Origin: Antedon mediterranea
Taxonomy: Eukaryota > Animalia > Echinodermata
Length of the DNA stretch: 64,000 nucleotides
Direction: 5' to 3'
Assembly (NCBI RefSeq): GCF_964355755.1
Contig: NC_092673.1
Coordinates: 18,845,648-18,909,647 of the forward strand
The notes below the pieces were generated by a model. The model was not told where the DNA came from. It worked only from the letters and a program-made list of their open reading frames with translations, and made no database searches. Both the position numbers and the translations under genes were made by a program. Positions 1-14,670 of the stretch are shown piece after piece (position 1 is the first letter of the stretch; every line of letters begins with the position of its first letter).

Positions 1-516
1 ATCCGCTACATGTAGTAAAACGCCGTGACCATTCATATCAATGCTTAGTAGGTTAAAGTTTGAATCCGCTACATGTAGTAAAACGCAGTGACCATTCATA
101 TCAATGCTTAGTAGGTTAAAGTTTGAATCCGCTACATGTAGTAAAACGCCGTGACCATTCATATCAATGCTTAGTAGGTTAAAGTTTGAATCCGCTACAT
201 GTAGTAAAACGCAGTGACCATTCATATCAATGCTTAGTAGGTTAAAGTTTGAATCCGCTACATGTAGTAAAACGCCGTGACCATTCATATCAATGCTTAG
301 TAGGTTAAAGTTTGAATCCGCTACATGTAGTAAAACGCCGTGACCATTCATATCAATGCTTAGTAGGTTAAAGTTTGAATCCGCTACATGTAGTAAAACG
401 CAGTGACCATTCATATCAATGCTTAGTAGGTTAAAGTTTGAATCCGCTACATGTAGTAAAACGCCGTGACCATTCATATCAATACTTAGTAGGTTAAAGT
501 TTGAATCCGCTACATG
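1..516. repeat. Tandem repeat, 63-bp unit, ~8 copies, truncated by window start
   Basis: Unit atccgctacatgtagtaaaacg(c/a)cgtgaccattcatatcaatgcttagtaggttaaagtttga-like, recurring every 63 bp. Confidence 0.97.
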
Positions 517-1454
517 TGTAAATATTAAGTATCACTGCTTAAAGTTTAAAAAAAAATAAAAATTAAAACTACACCACAATGAAATTACAAAACTAGCAAG
601 AAAGATACAAAACCTCACATAAAAAAATTGCAAAATATAAAAAACCATGAAATGAAATAAATAAAAAAATCTAAATGAACACAAAAAAAACACACATACC
701 CCCACGCAAAAAAAAAACCAATCCAAATGGGTGTCATGTTTCTGTAAAATATTAAATTTCACGAAAAAATACACTTAAGTAAAAGATTACACCCAAGTAA
801 AAGATTACATAACAAACTTAGAGCATATCACACATATTACGTTAAGTTTTACCTTCAAAATCATCTTAGTGTAGACCATTTTTCGTGGGGGAGGGGGGTA
901 TTGAAATAAATTATCTGATATTATTGCAATGGTTCGTGTACATGTTTATCGCATTTATTAATATTAAATCTATGGTTCTGATAACAAATTGTGTAACAGG
1001 AACCAGGAAAGAGTAAAATTACAAAGAAATAAATTATCTGATATTATCGCAATGGTTCGTGTACATGTTTATTGTATCTATTAATAGAGTAGAGTAAAGT
1101 TGAAAAAAAATAAATTTCACTTTTTCTCTGCAGGAACTCAATAAACAAACAAACAAATCATTAATAACATTTCTACACTGGTATTCAGTATTGCTTTCAT
1201 TTTGTAGCTTACAGATATTTCACAGTAAAGGAATACTCAGTGTATAACAAAATCAATGGCCATATAGATAGAATAAAAAAGTGGACATAAATTGAAATAA
1301 AAACACGTTTCTGCAGAAACATGAATTGTTAAGTTGTTTTCATGTTTAACAATACAGTATACCAAACCAATATATTGGTAATTGTGAAAAAATTGCCCCT
1401 AACCAAATATCGTTAATTCGTACTCCTATATTATGGGATTTCAGAAGTTCAGTA

Positions 1455-1985
1455 AATTTTTATAAAAATGCAAAATAGTACAGAAGAATGTACACAGCCC
1501 TGTTTTACATCTTGTTCAATATTAAAATAATCTTTACATATATCCCCAAATTTTATAAACTCTTGTACATTTGTGTAAAGTGCATCAATCATTTTCTAGA
1601 CAGTCACAGTCCGTAATGCCCGATGTCCAGGCCGCTTTTAAGTCGTACCTCCAAACATTATCAAATGCTTTCCAGAAGTCCAGGAAGGAATTATGTGATC
1701 TTCACATCTGTGTCCCAGTCTAAAGTCTCCCTGGACTTTCGAAAGCACATCATTATTCTCAAGATAGTGTGATATATTTTTGACAATTATCCTATTGAAT
1801 GTTTTTGAAAAACATGAATTTAAAGATATGCCTCTATAATTATTTAAATCTTCTATCTCCTTCCTTATGAATTGGACATATAATACTACTGTTCCATTTT
1901 TTCTAGTTTTATGATCCTGTTGAATAAATCAAGCAACAGATGATTAATGCACTACCAATGTTTTTTATCAGTTCATTAAATATTA
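1455..1985 (-). mobile_element. Decayed non-LTR retrotransposon reverse transcriptase fragment
   Basis: Manual minus-strand translation across frameshifts gives WNSSIICPIHKEG, DLNNYRGISLNSCFSKTF, QGDFRLGHRCEDHI, FLDFWKAFDNVW and DVKQGCVHSSVLFCIFI, which are canonical LINE RT motifs. Confidence 0.85.
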
Positions 1986-2330
1986 TTTTTTTTAATTATT
2001 ATTTTTGCGATAATGAGAAAGATTCCATTGTAAAAGTTAGTAGTCCTGTGATCTTAACTAAAATAAATTTATAATTTAATAAACAAATAAAGTATTAACC
2101 TGTGAATATACCAACAAAAAAACAAATATTATATACAAAAAAATTCAATTAAATATACAAAAAAAAAGATTTTAAGGGTAATTCAAGAATTTTATTAATA
2201 CAATTTTTTATAATTTCTGAACAGAGTTTTTTTTCTAAAATAGTTGTAGTCATCCATATCTAAATCCATTTTACCTAAAGTTTCCCAATATTCTTTAATC
2301 GTTTTATTCATTATCTCTTCATCTGATACA

Positions 2331-5300
2331 GTGTGATTTGAATCTGGTATCTTGATACAACCGATGTCTTTAATATCATCATGTTTAGAGTGTGATTTGA
2401 ATCTGGTATCTTGATACAACCGATGTCTTTATCCTCATCATGTTTAGAGTGTGATTTGAATCTGGTATCTTGATACAACCGATGTCTTTATCCTCATCAT
2501 GTTTAGAGTGTGATTTGAATCTGGTATCTTGATACAACCGATGTCTTTATCATCATCATGTTTAGAGTGTGATTTGAATCTGGTATCTTGATACAACCGA
2601 TGTCTTTATCCTCATCATGTTTAGAGTGTGATTTGAATCTGGTATCTTGATACAACCGATGTCTTTATCCTCATCATGTTTAGAGTGTGATTTGAATCTG
2701 GTATCTTGATACAACCGATGTCTTTATCCTCATCATGTTTAGAGTGTGATTTGAATCTGGTATCTTGATACAACCGATGTCTTTATCCTCATCATGTTTA
2801 GAGTGTGATTTGAATCTGGTATCTTGATACAACCGATGTCTTTATCATCATCATGTTTAGAGTGTGATTTGAATCTGGTATCTTGATACAACCGATGTCT
2901 TTATCCTCATCATGTTTAGAGTGTGATTTGAATCTGGTATCTTGATACAACCGATGTCTTTATCCTCATCATGTTTAGAGTGTGATTTGAATCTGGTATC
3001 TTGATACAACCGATGTCTTTATCATCATCATGTTTAGAGTGTGATTTGAATCTGGTATCTTGATACAACCGATGTCTTTATCCTCATCATGTTTAGAGTG
3101 TGATTTGAATCTGGTATCTTGATACAACCGATGTCTTTATCATCATCATGTTTAGAGTGTGATTTGAATCTGGTATCTTGATACAACCGATGTCTTTATC
3201 CTCATCATGTTTAGAGTGTGATTTGAATCTGGTATCTTGATACAACCGATGTCTTTATCATCATCATGTTTAGAGTGTGATTTGAATCTGGTATCTTGAT
3301 ACAACCGATGTCTTTATCATCATCATGTTTAGAGTGTGATTTGAATCTGGTATCTTGATACAACCGATGTCTTTATCATCATCATGTTTAGAGTGTGATT
3401 TGAATCTGGTATCTTGATACAACCGATGTCTTTATCCTCATCATGTTTAGAGTGTGATTTGAATCTGGTATCTTGATACAACCGATGTCTTTATCCTCAT
3501 CATGTTTAGAGTGTGATTTGAATCTGGTATCTTGATACAACCGATGTCTTTATCCTCATCATGTTTAGAGTGTGATTTGAATCTGGTATCTTGATACAAC
3601 CGATGTCTTTATCCTCATCATGTTTAGAGTGTGATTTGAATCTGGTATCTTGATACAACCGATGTCTTTATCATCATCATGTTTAGAGTGTGATTTGAAT
3701 CTGGTATCTTGATACAACCGATGTCTTTATCCTCATCATGTTTAGAGTGTGATTTGAATCTGGTATCTTGATACAACCGATGTCTTTATCCTCATCATGT
3801 TTAGAGTGTGATTTGAATCTGGTATCTTGATACAACCGATGTCTTTATCCTCATCATGTTTAGAGTGTGATTTGAATCTGGTATCTTGATACAACCGATG
3901 TCTTTATCCTCATCATGTTTAGAGTGTGATTTGAATCTGGTATCTTGATACAACCGATGTCTTTATCCTCATCATGTTTAGAGTGTGATTTGAATCTGGT
4001 ATCTTGATACAACCGATGTCTTTATCCTCATCATGTTTAGAGTGTAATTTGAATCTGGTATCTTGATACAACCGATGTCTTTATCCTCATCATGTTTAGA
4101 GTGTAATTTGAATCTGGTATCTTGATACAACCGATGTCTTTATCCTCATCATGTTTAGAGTGTGATTTGAATCTGGTATCTTGATACAACCGATGTCTTT
4201 ATCCTCATCATGTTTAGAGTGTGATTTGAATCTGGTATCTTGATACAACCGATGTCTTTATCCTCATCATGTTTAGAGTGTGATTTGAATCTGGTATCTT
4301 GATACAACCGATGTCTTTATCCTCATCATGTTTAGAGTGTGATTTGAATCTGGTATCTTGATACAACCGATGTCTTTATCCTCATCATGTTTAGAGTGTG
4401 ATTTGAATCTGGTATCTTGATACAACCGATGTCTTTATCCTCATCATGTTTAGAGTGTGATTTGAATCTGGTATCTTGATACAACCGATGTCTTTATCCT
4501 CATCATGTTTAGAGTGTGATTTGAATCTGGTATCTTGATACAACCGATGTCTTTATCCTCATCATGTTTAGAGTGTGATTTGAATCTGGTATCTTGATAC
4601 AACCGATGTCTTTATCCTCATCATGTTTAGAGTGTGATTTGAATCTGGTATCTTGATACAACCGATGTCTTTATCCTCATCATGTTTAGAGTGTGATTTG
4701 AATCTGGTATCTTGATACAACCGATGTCTTTATCCTCATCATGTTTAGAGTGTAATTTGAATCTGGTATCTTGATACAACCGATGTCTTTATCCTCATCA
4801 TGTTTAGAGTGTAATTTGAATCTGGTATCTTGATACAACCGATGTCTTTATCCTCATCATGTTTAGAGTGTGATTTGAATCTGGTATCTTGATACAACCG
4901 ATGTCTTTATCCTCATCATGTTTAGAGTGTGATTTGAATCTGGTATCTTGATACAACCGATGTCTTTATCCTCATCATGTTTAGAGTGTGATTTGAATCT
5001 GGTATCTTGATACAACCGATGTCTTTATCCTCATCATGTTTAGAGTGTGATTTGAATCTGGTATCTTGATACAACCGATGTCTTTATCCTCATCATGTTT
5101 AGAGTGTGATTTGAATCTGGTATCTTGATACAACCGATGTCTTTATCCTCATCATGTTTAGAGTGTGATTTGAATCTGGTATCTTGATACAACCGATGTC
5201 TTTATCATCATCATGTTTAGAGTGTGATTTGAATCTGGTATCTTGATACAACCGATGTCTTTATCATCATCATGTTTAGAGTGTGATTTGAATCTGGTAT

Positions 5301-7707
5301 CTTGATACAACCGATGTCTTTATCATCATCATGTTTAGAGTGTGATTTGAATCTGGTATCTTGATACAACCGATGTCTTTATCCTCATCATGTTTAGAGT
5401 GTGATTTGAATCTGGTATCTTGATACAACCGATGTCTTTATCATCATCATGTTTAGAGTTTGATTTGAATCTGGTATCTTGATACAACCGATGTCTTTAT
5501 CATCATCATGTTTAGAGTGTGATTTGAATCTGGTATCTTGATACAACCGATGTCTTTATCATCATCATGTTTAGAGTGTGATTTGAATCTGGTATCTTGA
5601 TACAACCGATGTCTTTATCATCATCATGTTTAGAGTGTGATTTGAATCTGGTATCTTGATACAACCGATGTCTTTATCCTCATCATGTTTAGAGTGTGAT
5701 TTGAATCTGGTATCTTGATACAACCGATGTCTTTATCATCATCATGTTTAGAGTGTGATTTGAATCTGGTATCTTGATACAACCGATGTCTTTATCCTCA
5801 TCATGTTTAGAGTGTGATTTGAATCTGGTATCTTGATACAACCGATGTCTTTATCCTCATCATGTTTAGAGTGTGATTTGAATCTGGTATCTTGATACAA
5901 CCGATGTCTTTATCCTCATCATGTTTAGAGTGTGATTTGAATCTGGTGTCTTGATACAACCGATGTCTTTATCCTCATCATGTTTAGAGTGTGATTTGAA
6001 TCTGGTATCTTGATACAACCGATGTCTTTATCCTCATCATGTTTAGAGTGTGATTTGAATCTGGTATCTTGATACAACCGATGTCTTTATCATCATCATG
6101 TTTAGAGTGTGATTTGAATCTGGTATCTTGATACAACCGATGTCTTTATCCTCATCATGTTTAGAGTGTGATTTGAATCTGGTATCTTGATACAACCGAT
6201 GTCTTTATCATCATCATGTTTAGAGTGTAATTTGAATCTGGTATCTTGATACAACCGATGTCTTTATCCTCATCATGTTTAGAGTGTGATTTGAATCTGG
6301 TATCTTGATACAACCGATGTCTTTATCATCATCATGTTTAGAGTGTGATTTGAATCTGGTATCTTGATACAACCGATGTCTTTATCCTCATCATGTTTAG
6401 AGTGTGATTTGAATCTGGTATCTTGATACAACCGATGTCTTTATCCTCATCATGTTTAGAGTGTGATTTGAATCTGGTATCTTGATACAACCAATGTCTT
6501 TAATATCATCATCATGTTTAGAGTGTGATTTGAATCTGGTATCTTGATACAACCGATGTCTTTATCATCATCATGTTTAGAGTGTGATTTGAATCTGGTA
6601 TCTTGATACAACCGATGTCTTTATCATCATCATGTTTAGAGTGTGATTTGAATCTGGTATCTTGATACAACCGATGTCTTTATCCTCATCATGTTTAGAG
6701 TGTGATTTGAATCTGGTATCTTGATACAACCGATGTCTTTATCCTCATCATGTTTAGAGTGTAATTTGAATCTGGTATCTTGATACAACCGATGTCTTTA
6801 TCATCATCATGTTTAGAGTGTGATTTGAATCTGGTATCTTGATACAACCGATGTCTTTATCATCATCATGTTTAGAGTGTGATTTGAATCTGGTATCTTG
6901 ATACAACCGATGTCTTTATCCTCATCATGTTTAGAGTGTGATTTGAATCTGGTATCTTGATACAACCGATGTCTTTATCCTCATCATGTTTAGAGTGTAA
7001 TTTGAATCTGGTATCTTGATACAACCGATGTCTTTAATATCATCATGTTTAGAGTGTGATTTGAATCTGGTATCTTGATACAACCGATGTCTTTATCCTC
7101 ATCATGTTTAGAGTGTGATTTGAATCTGGTATCTTGATACAACCGATGTCTTTATCCTCATCATGTTTAGAGTGTGATTTGAATCTGGTATCTTGATACA
7201 ACCGATGTCTTTAATATCATCATCATGTTTAGAGTGTGATTTGAATCTGGTATCTTGATACAACCGATGTCTTTATCCTCATCATGTTTAGAGTGTGATT
7301 TGAATCTGGTATCTTGATACAACCGATGTCTTTATCCTCATCATGTTTAGAGTGTGATTTGAATCTGGTATCTTGATACAACCGATGTCTTTATCCTCAT
7401 CATGTTTAGAGTGTGATTTGAATCTGGTATCTTGATACAACCGATGTCTTTATCCTCATCATGTTTAGAGTGTGATTTGAATCTGGTATCTTGATACAAC
7501 CGATGTCTTTATCATCATCATGTTTAGAGTGTGATTTGAATCTGGTATCTTGATACAACCGATGTCTTTATCCTCATCATGTTTAGAGTGTGATTTGAAT
7601 CTGGTATCTTGATACAACCGATGTCTTTATCCTCATCATGTTTAGAGTGTGATTTGAATCTGGTATCTTGATACAACCGATGTCTTTATCATCATCATGT
7701 TTAGAGT
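2331..7707. repeat. Satellite array, 59-bp unit, ~91 near-identical copies
   Basis: Unit gagtgtgatttgaatctggtatcttgatacaaccgatgtctttatcctcatcatgttta, with a few SNP variants and two +3 bp variants near 6500 and 7210. Confidence 0.99.
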
Positions 7708-9459
7708 CTTTTGGAGAATTCCAAACGTCTATTGGCAATGTCAACAGATCTTTTTACTTACTCTTTTGTTGATTTGACCGCCATAGATAACGATATTTCT
7801 CATTAGTAAGATTTCTACCCTGGAGTTCTGTATACATTTTATAATTAACTTTTTATCATAAAAACAAATTGTTTAACAGGAACTGAACAAAATATTTAAT
7901 AGAATTTCTTCACAAGCTTTCTGTATAAATTTATAATTAAGCTAGATTTGAACTCGTCACAGTAACGAGTTAGATGATCGCGCAACGCATCGTAACATGT
8001 ACATTCTATTCATTAGGCTCATTCTACAGTAAGCTATACCACAACGATTGTACAAACCGAATAGCATCGATCAACATTTTTTAACAAGCGTCAACAGTTG
8101 ACGGTATTGGCATTGTAAATGGTTTAAATGACGGTTATTTTTTTATTTTACACCACTCACGTTTATTTATTTGTTTGAGTATGATGACCTTTTCAAATTA
8201 AAAATAAAATTCCTATGTCTGAAGGAGAATGTTTTGAGTAATAACATTATTGAAAATTGGAAGAAAATTGATAACGTTTGCGCGATATGTGCTCTATTGA
8301 ATGTTACGAAGACCATATGATGACGTCATAACATACTTAGGCGCCTTCGGTAAATTATTTCAAACGACAAGAACGCGTTCAGGCACGTTTGCTATTGTAT
8401 TACGACAAAGGTCGTAAAGACGCGTTTGGCAGACCATTTGGGGGAACCCCGTTTGGACACGTTTATTCATGTTTGGCATGTTGCTCCGCCAAATTGAACG
8501 TTTGACTGAGCACCATTATTGTTTGTCATTTTGTACGATTCCTTCATTGACTATTAAATTTCCAGATAATGGTATATTGTTCTTCACACGCCCGCCGTTT
8601 GTCAAGACGTACTTTACATAAAAATTACTTTTTAAAGCTTGGTACTAGGGCCTAGTCTCTAGAGGAGACCTACTGTACTGGTCAGAGGACTTTCGACATT
8701 CCCGCTCATGTTTTTCTGCTGTTTTTCTAGAGTGTTTGTGGAGCGTTTCACATGAACAGATTTAAAATCATGGTAAAATTCATATCTTCAAATTCCGAGT
8801 CAACAACATCGAGATGATAGCTAGACTACTATATCGCTCGCTCACTTCTCTTTGTTATGTTGGTGGTCATCAACCCTAGATTTACGAAACTTTGAGCAAT
8901 GTGACGTATATATATATATAATATACTCATACTGTTATTAAAATTATTATTTTTGAAATTCTGATTTTACACGAACCTTGTCTATATCAAATACGTGATA
9001 ATAAAACTAAGCACCAAAGTTGGTGACAGGAAATGCTAATTGAGGGCTAATTAAGTAATTAGCTCCTCCTACTGAGTTAGATAAACAATTTAGCTTTGAT
9101 GGAATCCGATTGTTTATTGAGTGTAGGTTTTATCTCTTTGATCCACAACATCTCCTTAATTAGGCAATCAAATTTGATTTCTTTTAATTTAATTTTTATT
9201 GTTACTGTACATGTTTATGTTTCGTCATATTTTTGTGAGGGTCCTAATGGTCAGCTTCGGCTGGATGGACCACCCTCGTAAAATATTGTTGAAATTAAAT
9301 AATACATTTTATAAAACATATTTAATAACAAACTAGTGTACATTCACTTCTACAGAAAATTATTAAATTAGTTCACAAAGAAAGACCGAACCACAACAAC
9401 AAACATCAACCTAGCGTTGTTACTCAGCATGGTCTATTCTTTACCGCGTAATAATCTAC

Positions 9460-10340
9460 GCTAATTCCAAAAAAAAAGATTTTAAAAAAGATTTCAAAAA
9501 AGGCGGATCATTTTGAAGTATCATAATAGTTATTAACTTTCACCAAAAATTAGTCACAAAAAAAAGTCACAAAAAAAATCATTTAACTGAAATACAGAAA
9601 TTTTTTTGTTCAAAAAATAACTTTCACTTTCAGTCAAAATTTTTGTTCAAAACATATCCCATAATGCAATGAGCTTGTTTGGCTACGCTGTATGCATAAT
9701 CATAAGACTTCCTCGTGACCTGTGTGAAAACACCTTCTCAACCGTGACTAGTTGTAAACAATCCTAATTAGCATATGCATAATGCATACTCGTGGGTTTG
9801 AAATCTTTGTTTCCTATTGCTCGCGACGATTTTCCAGAGGAAATGTTAGATTTAGGTTAGGTTAAGGCGACCTCGGTCGGACTCCTATGATGGCTCTCCA
9901 GGTGGTTCTATCTGTCATGGTTGTTGAAAGCTCTTCTACTTTAAGTCCAGTGTCCTTAATTAGAGTGTCTAGGTAGGAGGTTGTAGGACGCCCTGGATTC
10001 CGATGTCCATGTTGTGGTCTCCATAGAATGAGGTTTGAGATGATTTCCTCTCTGCTTCGGAAACAGTTACCAGCAAATCTCAATCGTCTCTCTTTGATTT
10101 TCTCTAAGATGGGAGGGAGATCACCATAATAGCTCTTTGTTGGTCAACCTTTCTTTCCAGCTGAAATGTAATCATACGAAATGTAATCAAACTAATTTAC
10201 CTGTTAATTATGTAAACTTTTTGTTTTTGGCTCGAATTTTCGACTTGTGAATAACTTTAATATTATTTTGATATGGCCAATTTAAATTTAGAATATTTTT
10301 ACCTTCATTTTTTGTGTTTCAAGGGACAATACATCTTTAA
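9460..10340. mobile_element. Non-autonomous TTAA-flanked (Kolobok-like) element, left end lost, interrupted by an RTE fragment
   Basis: Collinear with the intact copy at 26186-26695; right end agggacaatacatct-TTAA is retained. Confidence 0.75.
9847..10165 (-). mobile_element. 3' fragment of an RTE-group LINE
   Basis: ORF 9862-10083 reads RFAGNCFR..LILWRPQHGHRNPGRPTTSYLDTLIKD..DRTTWR, typical of an RTE ORF C-terminus. It has a short (cctaa)-type tail, gaaatgt on both sides, and is absent from the paralogous element at 26.5 kb. Confidence 0.8.
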
Positions 10341-10881
10341 ATTTAATATTAATTTTTTCTACTAGAAATGAGTTACTGTAAATACTATAGATATATTATT
10401 AAACTATCCTTCATGAAAACACGTCAACAACAACATGCTTTTTATTCGGCAGTTTTTTCTAAATAAATTGCATAAAACAAACAATTGAATATCCAAATAG
10501 CATTTAATATGATGTTAGCATATAGTTGATAACATTTTTTATCATGAAAACACTACAGGTGGTCCAGGCTTAGATTAGTGTGACCGTCACAAAAAGGTAC
10601 ATACATCCTGACTTATAGCAGCGCCCTACCACATGGACAATATTACAGACAGGGAAAACTGCGGATTACTCATTCTTCTGATATTCTTTAGTAAAACAAA
10701 AATAACATGCGTTTTCAGGGGATTTCCGGAAACCATGTTAATTAAAGAATCGTACCTCCTGAATGGAGGATCGTATTTAAATCAGCACTATAAAGAGTGT
10801 CTGACCACCTGTTAAAATACAACCAATATGAATCAAAGAAGAATACATTCTGGTCAAGAGGGCCATACAAGCATTAATGCT

Positions 10882-11515
10882 TTAAAGACCCTTTCCCTAC
10901 AATTTGTGACGTTTTGTAAAAATAGTGCATAAAACTTTTAAAACATTAACTTAGGTCATTCCATGTCTTAAATGTAAGTTTTATGGTAAATTATGACAAA
11001 AAGTGAGAAACAATGCACTACCTAAGTAGCTCGCGGTGAATGACCTCTCGTTGACGGTCTTTAGACCTAGCCTAGCTAGGCTTAATTTTGTAGGTCTAGC
11101 TGGTAAACATTAGTAACGTACGAACATCGTACGCTAGCTAATACCTAGCCTGACGTTGTATAGTTGCTGCATTAATTGTCTTTCTATTTTTGCCAGACTC
11201 TGTTGATACGAATTGGGGAAAACCTGGTATTTTCGCTGAAAAGTTAAGAGTCTTCCATTTGTTTTGGCCTCACGATCGATCGATCGAAAAGTGGGTGAAG
11301 TACACCAGAAGAAAAACAAAAATATCAATCTGCGTGCAATGCATTTTGGGATTTATAGTGGGCCGCTAAAATTACTAGAATCAACTTATTTTTCACATTT
11401 TTAACCGTTTAAAGACGAAAAAAGTTATCTCAATAGGACCATACATATTGTATTTATTTTACAATAAATGTAGTTTGTGACCTTAAATTAGAACTAAAAA
11501 ACGTAGGGACTTTAA
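10882..11515. mobile_element. TTAA-flanked MITE (Kolobok-like)
   Basis: TTAA-agaccctttccctac ... gtagggact-TTAA imperfect terminal inverted repeat. Confidence 0.55.
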
Positions 11516-12334
11516 GTCTTGAAAGGTAGATCCAGGACCAGGTAGTTGATAACAATCACTATCATCAGGCCTAAATATGGGTTTACAAGGATATCAGTCA
11601 GCTTTTATTTTGGTATTTGTATGGCGCACCACAATCTATCTGCTATGCCACCATGCTTTTGATAATTTTGAACTAGGGCTAGGCAGTGCCATTGTTAACC
11701 CACTCACTATAGTTCATCCTCATTATCACTTTGGTAATAGTAGTGTACAATGATTAACAGAGTATTGACATATTTCATTTTATTATCACTCTGTGTAAAT
11801 ATAACCAAAATGGTAATAGTACAGAGAGTTATAAACTGCTGTGTGTTCTATTTATTATCTTTGTTTAACATTAGAATACAATGTTAATATTAAATCTATG
11901 GTAAAGATTATCTATAAACAATTGTATAACAGGAACTCAATAAACAAAACAAACAAATCATTAATAACAATTTCTACCCTGGTTTTCTGTATAAGTGTTA
12001 TAATGAACTTGTTATCATATAAACTGTCTGACCAGAGCAATATGTATAACAAATATATTTTGATTATAAAGATAATAAATGTTTGCTAAAGTATTCTGAC
12101 TGTATATAGACCCTGAACCAGACCAGATCAAATGTGAGATAACAAATTACCTATCAGAGGTCCCTGTAGCCCATTCAAATAAGACCAATTTTGACAAATA
12201 TAGTCAGGGCCGTACACAGGATTTTATTTGGGTGGATGCTGATTAATATATTTTGGACCATTTTCATAATATTGAGTGAAGACGATAAGACCCTATAAAT
12301 GTGGACCTTTTGCAATTGGGGAGGGGGGGGGGGG

Positions 12335-14210
12335 GTGTGCGTCATCGTCGCCCCATCGCAAAGTAGCCCCATACAAAGTCACCCAATACAAAGTCTCCCC
12401 ATCGCAAAGTCGCCCCATAACAAAGTCGCCCCATCGCAAAGTCGCCCACGGTTTTATTTCGGTATGACTATGAAGCGCCGTCGCTGGTAGTACGCTGTTG
12501 TTTTAATCATATCGGTTGCGTTTGATATTGATCGTTACTTTGGTCGCGCTAAATGTCGTATACATTTTAATGTTTATCCTATTATATATGTAATTTGTGG
12601 TTTAATTTTTATTTTACAGGTTTTAATGGAGTGATAGTGAGTGAAATAGTTCCTTGTTTGAAAGTTCTAAAAAGATTATCCCTGATTTATAGTTTCGAAA
12701 ATGTTAATTTAATATGATTTTAAAATTAGTTACGAATCTTTCTTCAACCTACCCGTGGATACCAGCTCATTTTTTAGGATAATATATAAAATGTATAAAT
12801 GTGTAGTAGGCCTTCGTATAGATTAGTTAAAACAATAACAGCGTTGTAAAGACAATGAGTGTTATAGGCTACTTATTGATCCTTTTGCATTTATTGACAA
12901 GTTATGTGTATATTGTTATTTAATTTTATTATGACTTTTCAAAATGAAGAAATAAAAAATACTCCAAAAAAAAAAAGGATTTCATCGCCGATATGATCGT
13001 TTTATACATGCAGGTATTTTAGCAAAATTAAAACGCTACATTTTGACCATGGAAAAACCATCGTATATACAGTATTTTTTAAAAAGGGGAATCCCCGACG
13101 GTCAGCAGAAAGACGTAGCAGCTGTGGAAAAACAGATACCAGAAGGCGCAGCTCCGATTGGTTTCAGATTGCGAGTCGCCTTTTATTCGACAGTACAGTG
13201 ATCATTTTAAGTGTAGAAATTCTTTTCAACCCTTTTGGTTATAGAACATTCTAATTATCATGCCTAATAAATATCCTCATATCGGGTGTTTATTTAATTT
13301 TAAATTAAAAAAGACAGTGAAGAGGCACGGAATAATACGTACACGGACGTACGACGAATAAACACACGCACGCCGTCATCATTTACGACATATAGGCCTA
13401 GTGGTGATATATGATGCAATTTTATAATGGATAATGATGGGATTGCCTTTCCAGGCTTATAATCAATGTTAACTGTAATACTAATAGTAAACTGAATGTT
13501 TATAAATAAATTGTTTTACGTAATTTGTTGCATATAAAATAAGACACAGACGTAGCCTATGTTCCGTTCACATTTAAATAATTATGTACGGTTAAATAAC
13601 ATTACGCCGAATAATACTATAATCTTAAACTATGTTTACAAATTGTCATTTTTTAAGGCACACATCTTTCTCATCATACACCTGTAAAATAAAAAAAAAT
13701 CAATTATTAATATAGCCCTAATAATAATAAATATTCATCGACCAAAGTAAAAATAATCTAGATCGTAACTTCATTTTATCGCGACCAAAATTAAACACGA
13801 CCGATTTCAAACGCGACTGATATCATCGTAAAACTCCGGTGGAGTTTCCCCATCTTCAGATGGTGCGTTGTATAGCGCGACAACGGCGGAGTAATTACGG
13901 GGGTTTCCCTCTGGTGAGCTCAGTGATGCGACCGCGGAGTGATTAGTCGGGGGATTCCTCTCTGATGATGGGGGAGCGTGCCGATCGTGTGACCTGAGAC
14001 TACATGGCGGGGCTTTCCATTTTATGCCTACACGTTCTGTGTTATTTTGTGTATTATTGTGACATTTTACGCACTTGTAAACTATTTTAACGTGTTGGGG
14101 CGACTTTGCGATGGGGCGACTTTCCGATGAGGCGACTGTGTCAGGGCGACTTTGTTTTGGGGCGACTTTGGATGGGGCGACTTTGCGATGGGGCGACTTG
14201 ACTAGCATCC
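12335..14210. mobile_element. Foldback-type non-autonomous DNA transposon (possibly MULE-like)
   Basis: Arrays of aagtcgccccatcgca at 12346-12450 and the inverted array ggggcgactttgcgat at 14095-14200; further inverted similarity between 12510-12620 and 13680-13825. No clear TSD. Confidence 0.65.
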
Positions 14211-14670
14211 AGACCGTGATCCATGCAAAGTTTAGAAGAAAATAGAGTGCAAAGGCTTTGCCACTATGGCTATGTTGAAAAAAACCCTTATGACATTTTC
14301 TTTAAAGAAATTTAATTTCTTAATTGTAGAAACAAACCCATTTTGAGTAAGAAATAGAAAAATGTGAAACTAGAGAAATAAAAGAGGATAAATTATGTTT
14401 TTTAATAATTTTTCTGTATATAACATACTCAATGTTTGACAATTTCATAGCTAACAAGCTTACATTGAGAAAAACAAGGGGCCTGATTATTATTAATGAC
14501 CATTGTGTGTTTGTGTTTACTGTTTGCCTGTTGCCCCTAGATACAGCCAAACAAATCCTATCAAAATCATTATCGTCAGTTTAATATTAACTTTGTATTT
14601 AAACAAAAGATAAAGTAAAAATCATCTGATTGTTTGAAACATGTATAAAGGTTATAGAAATGTTTGGTTA

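Noticed and set aside
900-1190. Short duplicated blocks also seen near 7810-7890 and 11887-12030
   Set aside because: The similarity is real but too degraded to define ends or a family.
2331-7707. CRISPR-like array
   Set aside because: Units are contiguous and near-identical with no unique spacers, there are no cas genes, and the context is eukaryotic. The same applies to the other arrays.
12175-14208. ORFs rich in KVAP/QSRP
   Set aside because: Translations of the subterminal repeats of a foldback element.
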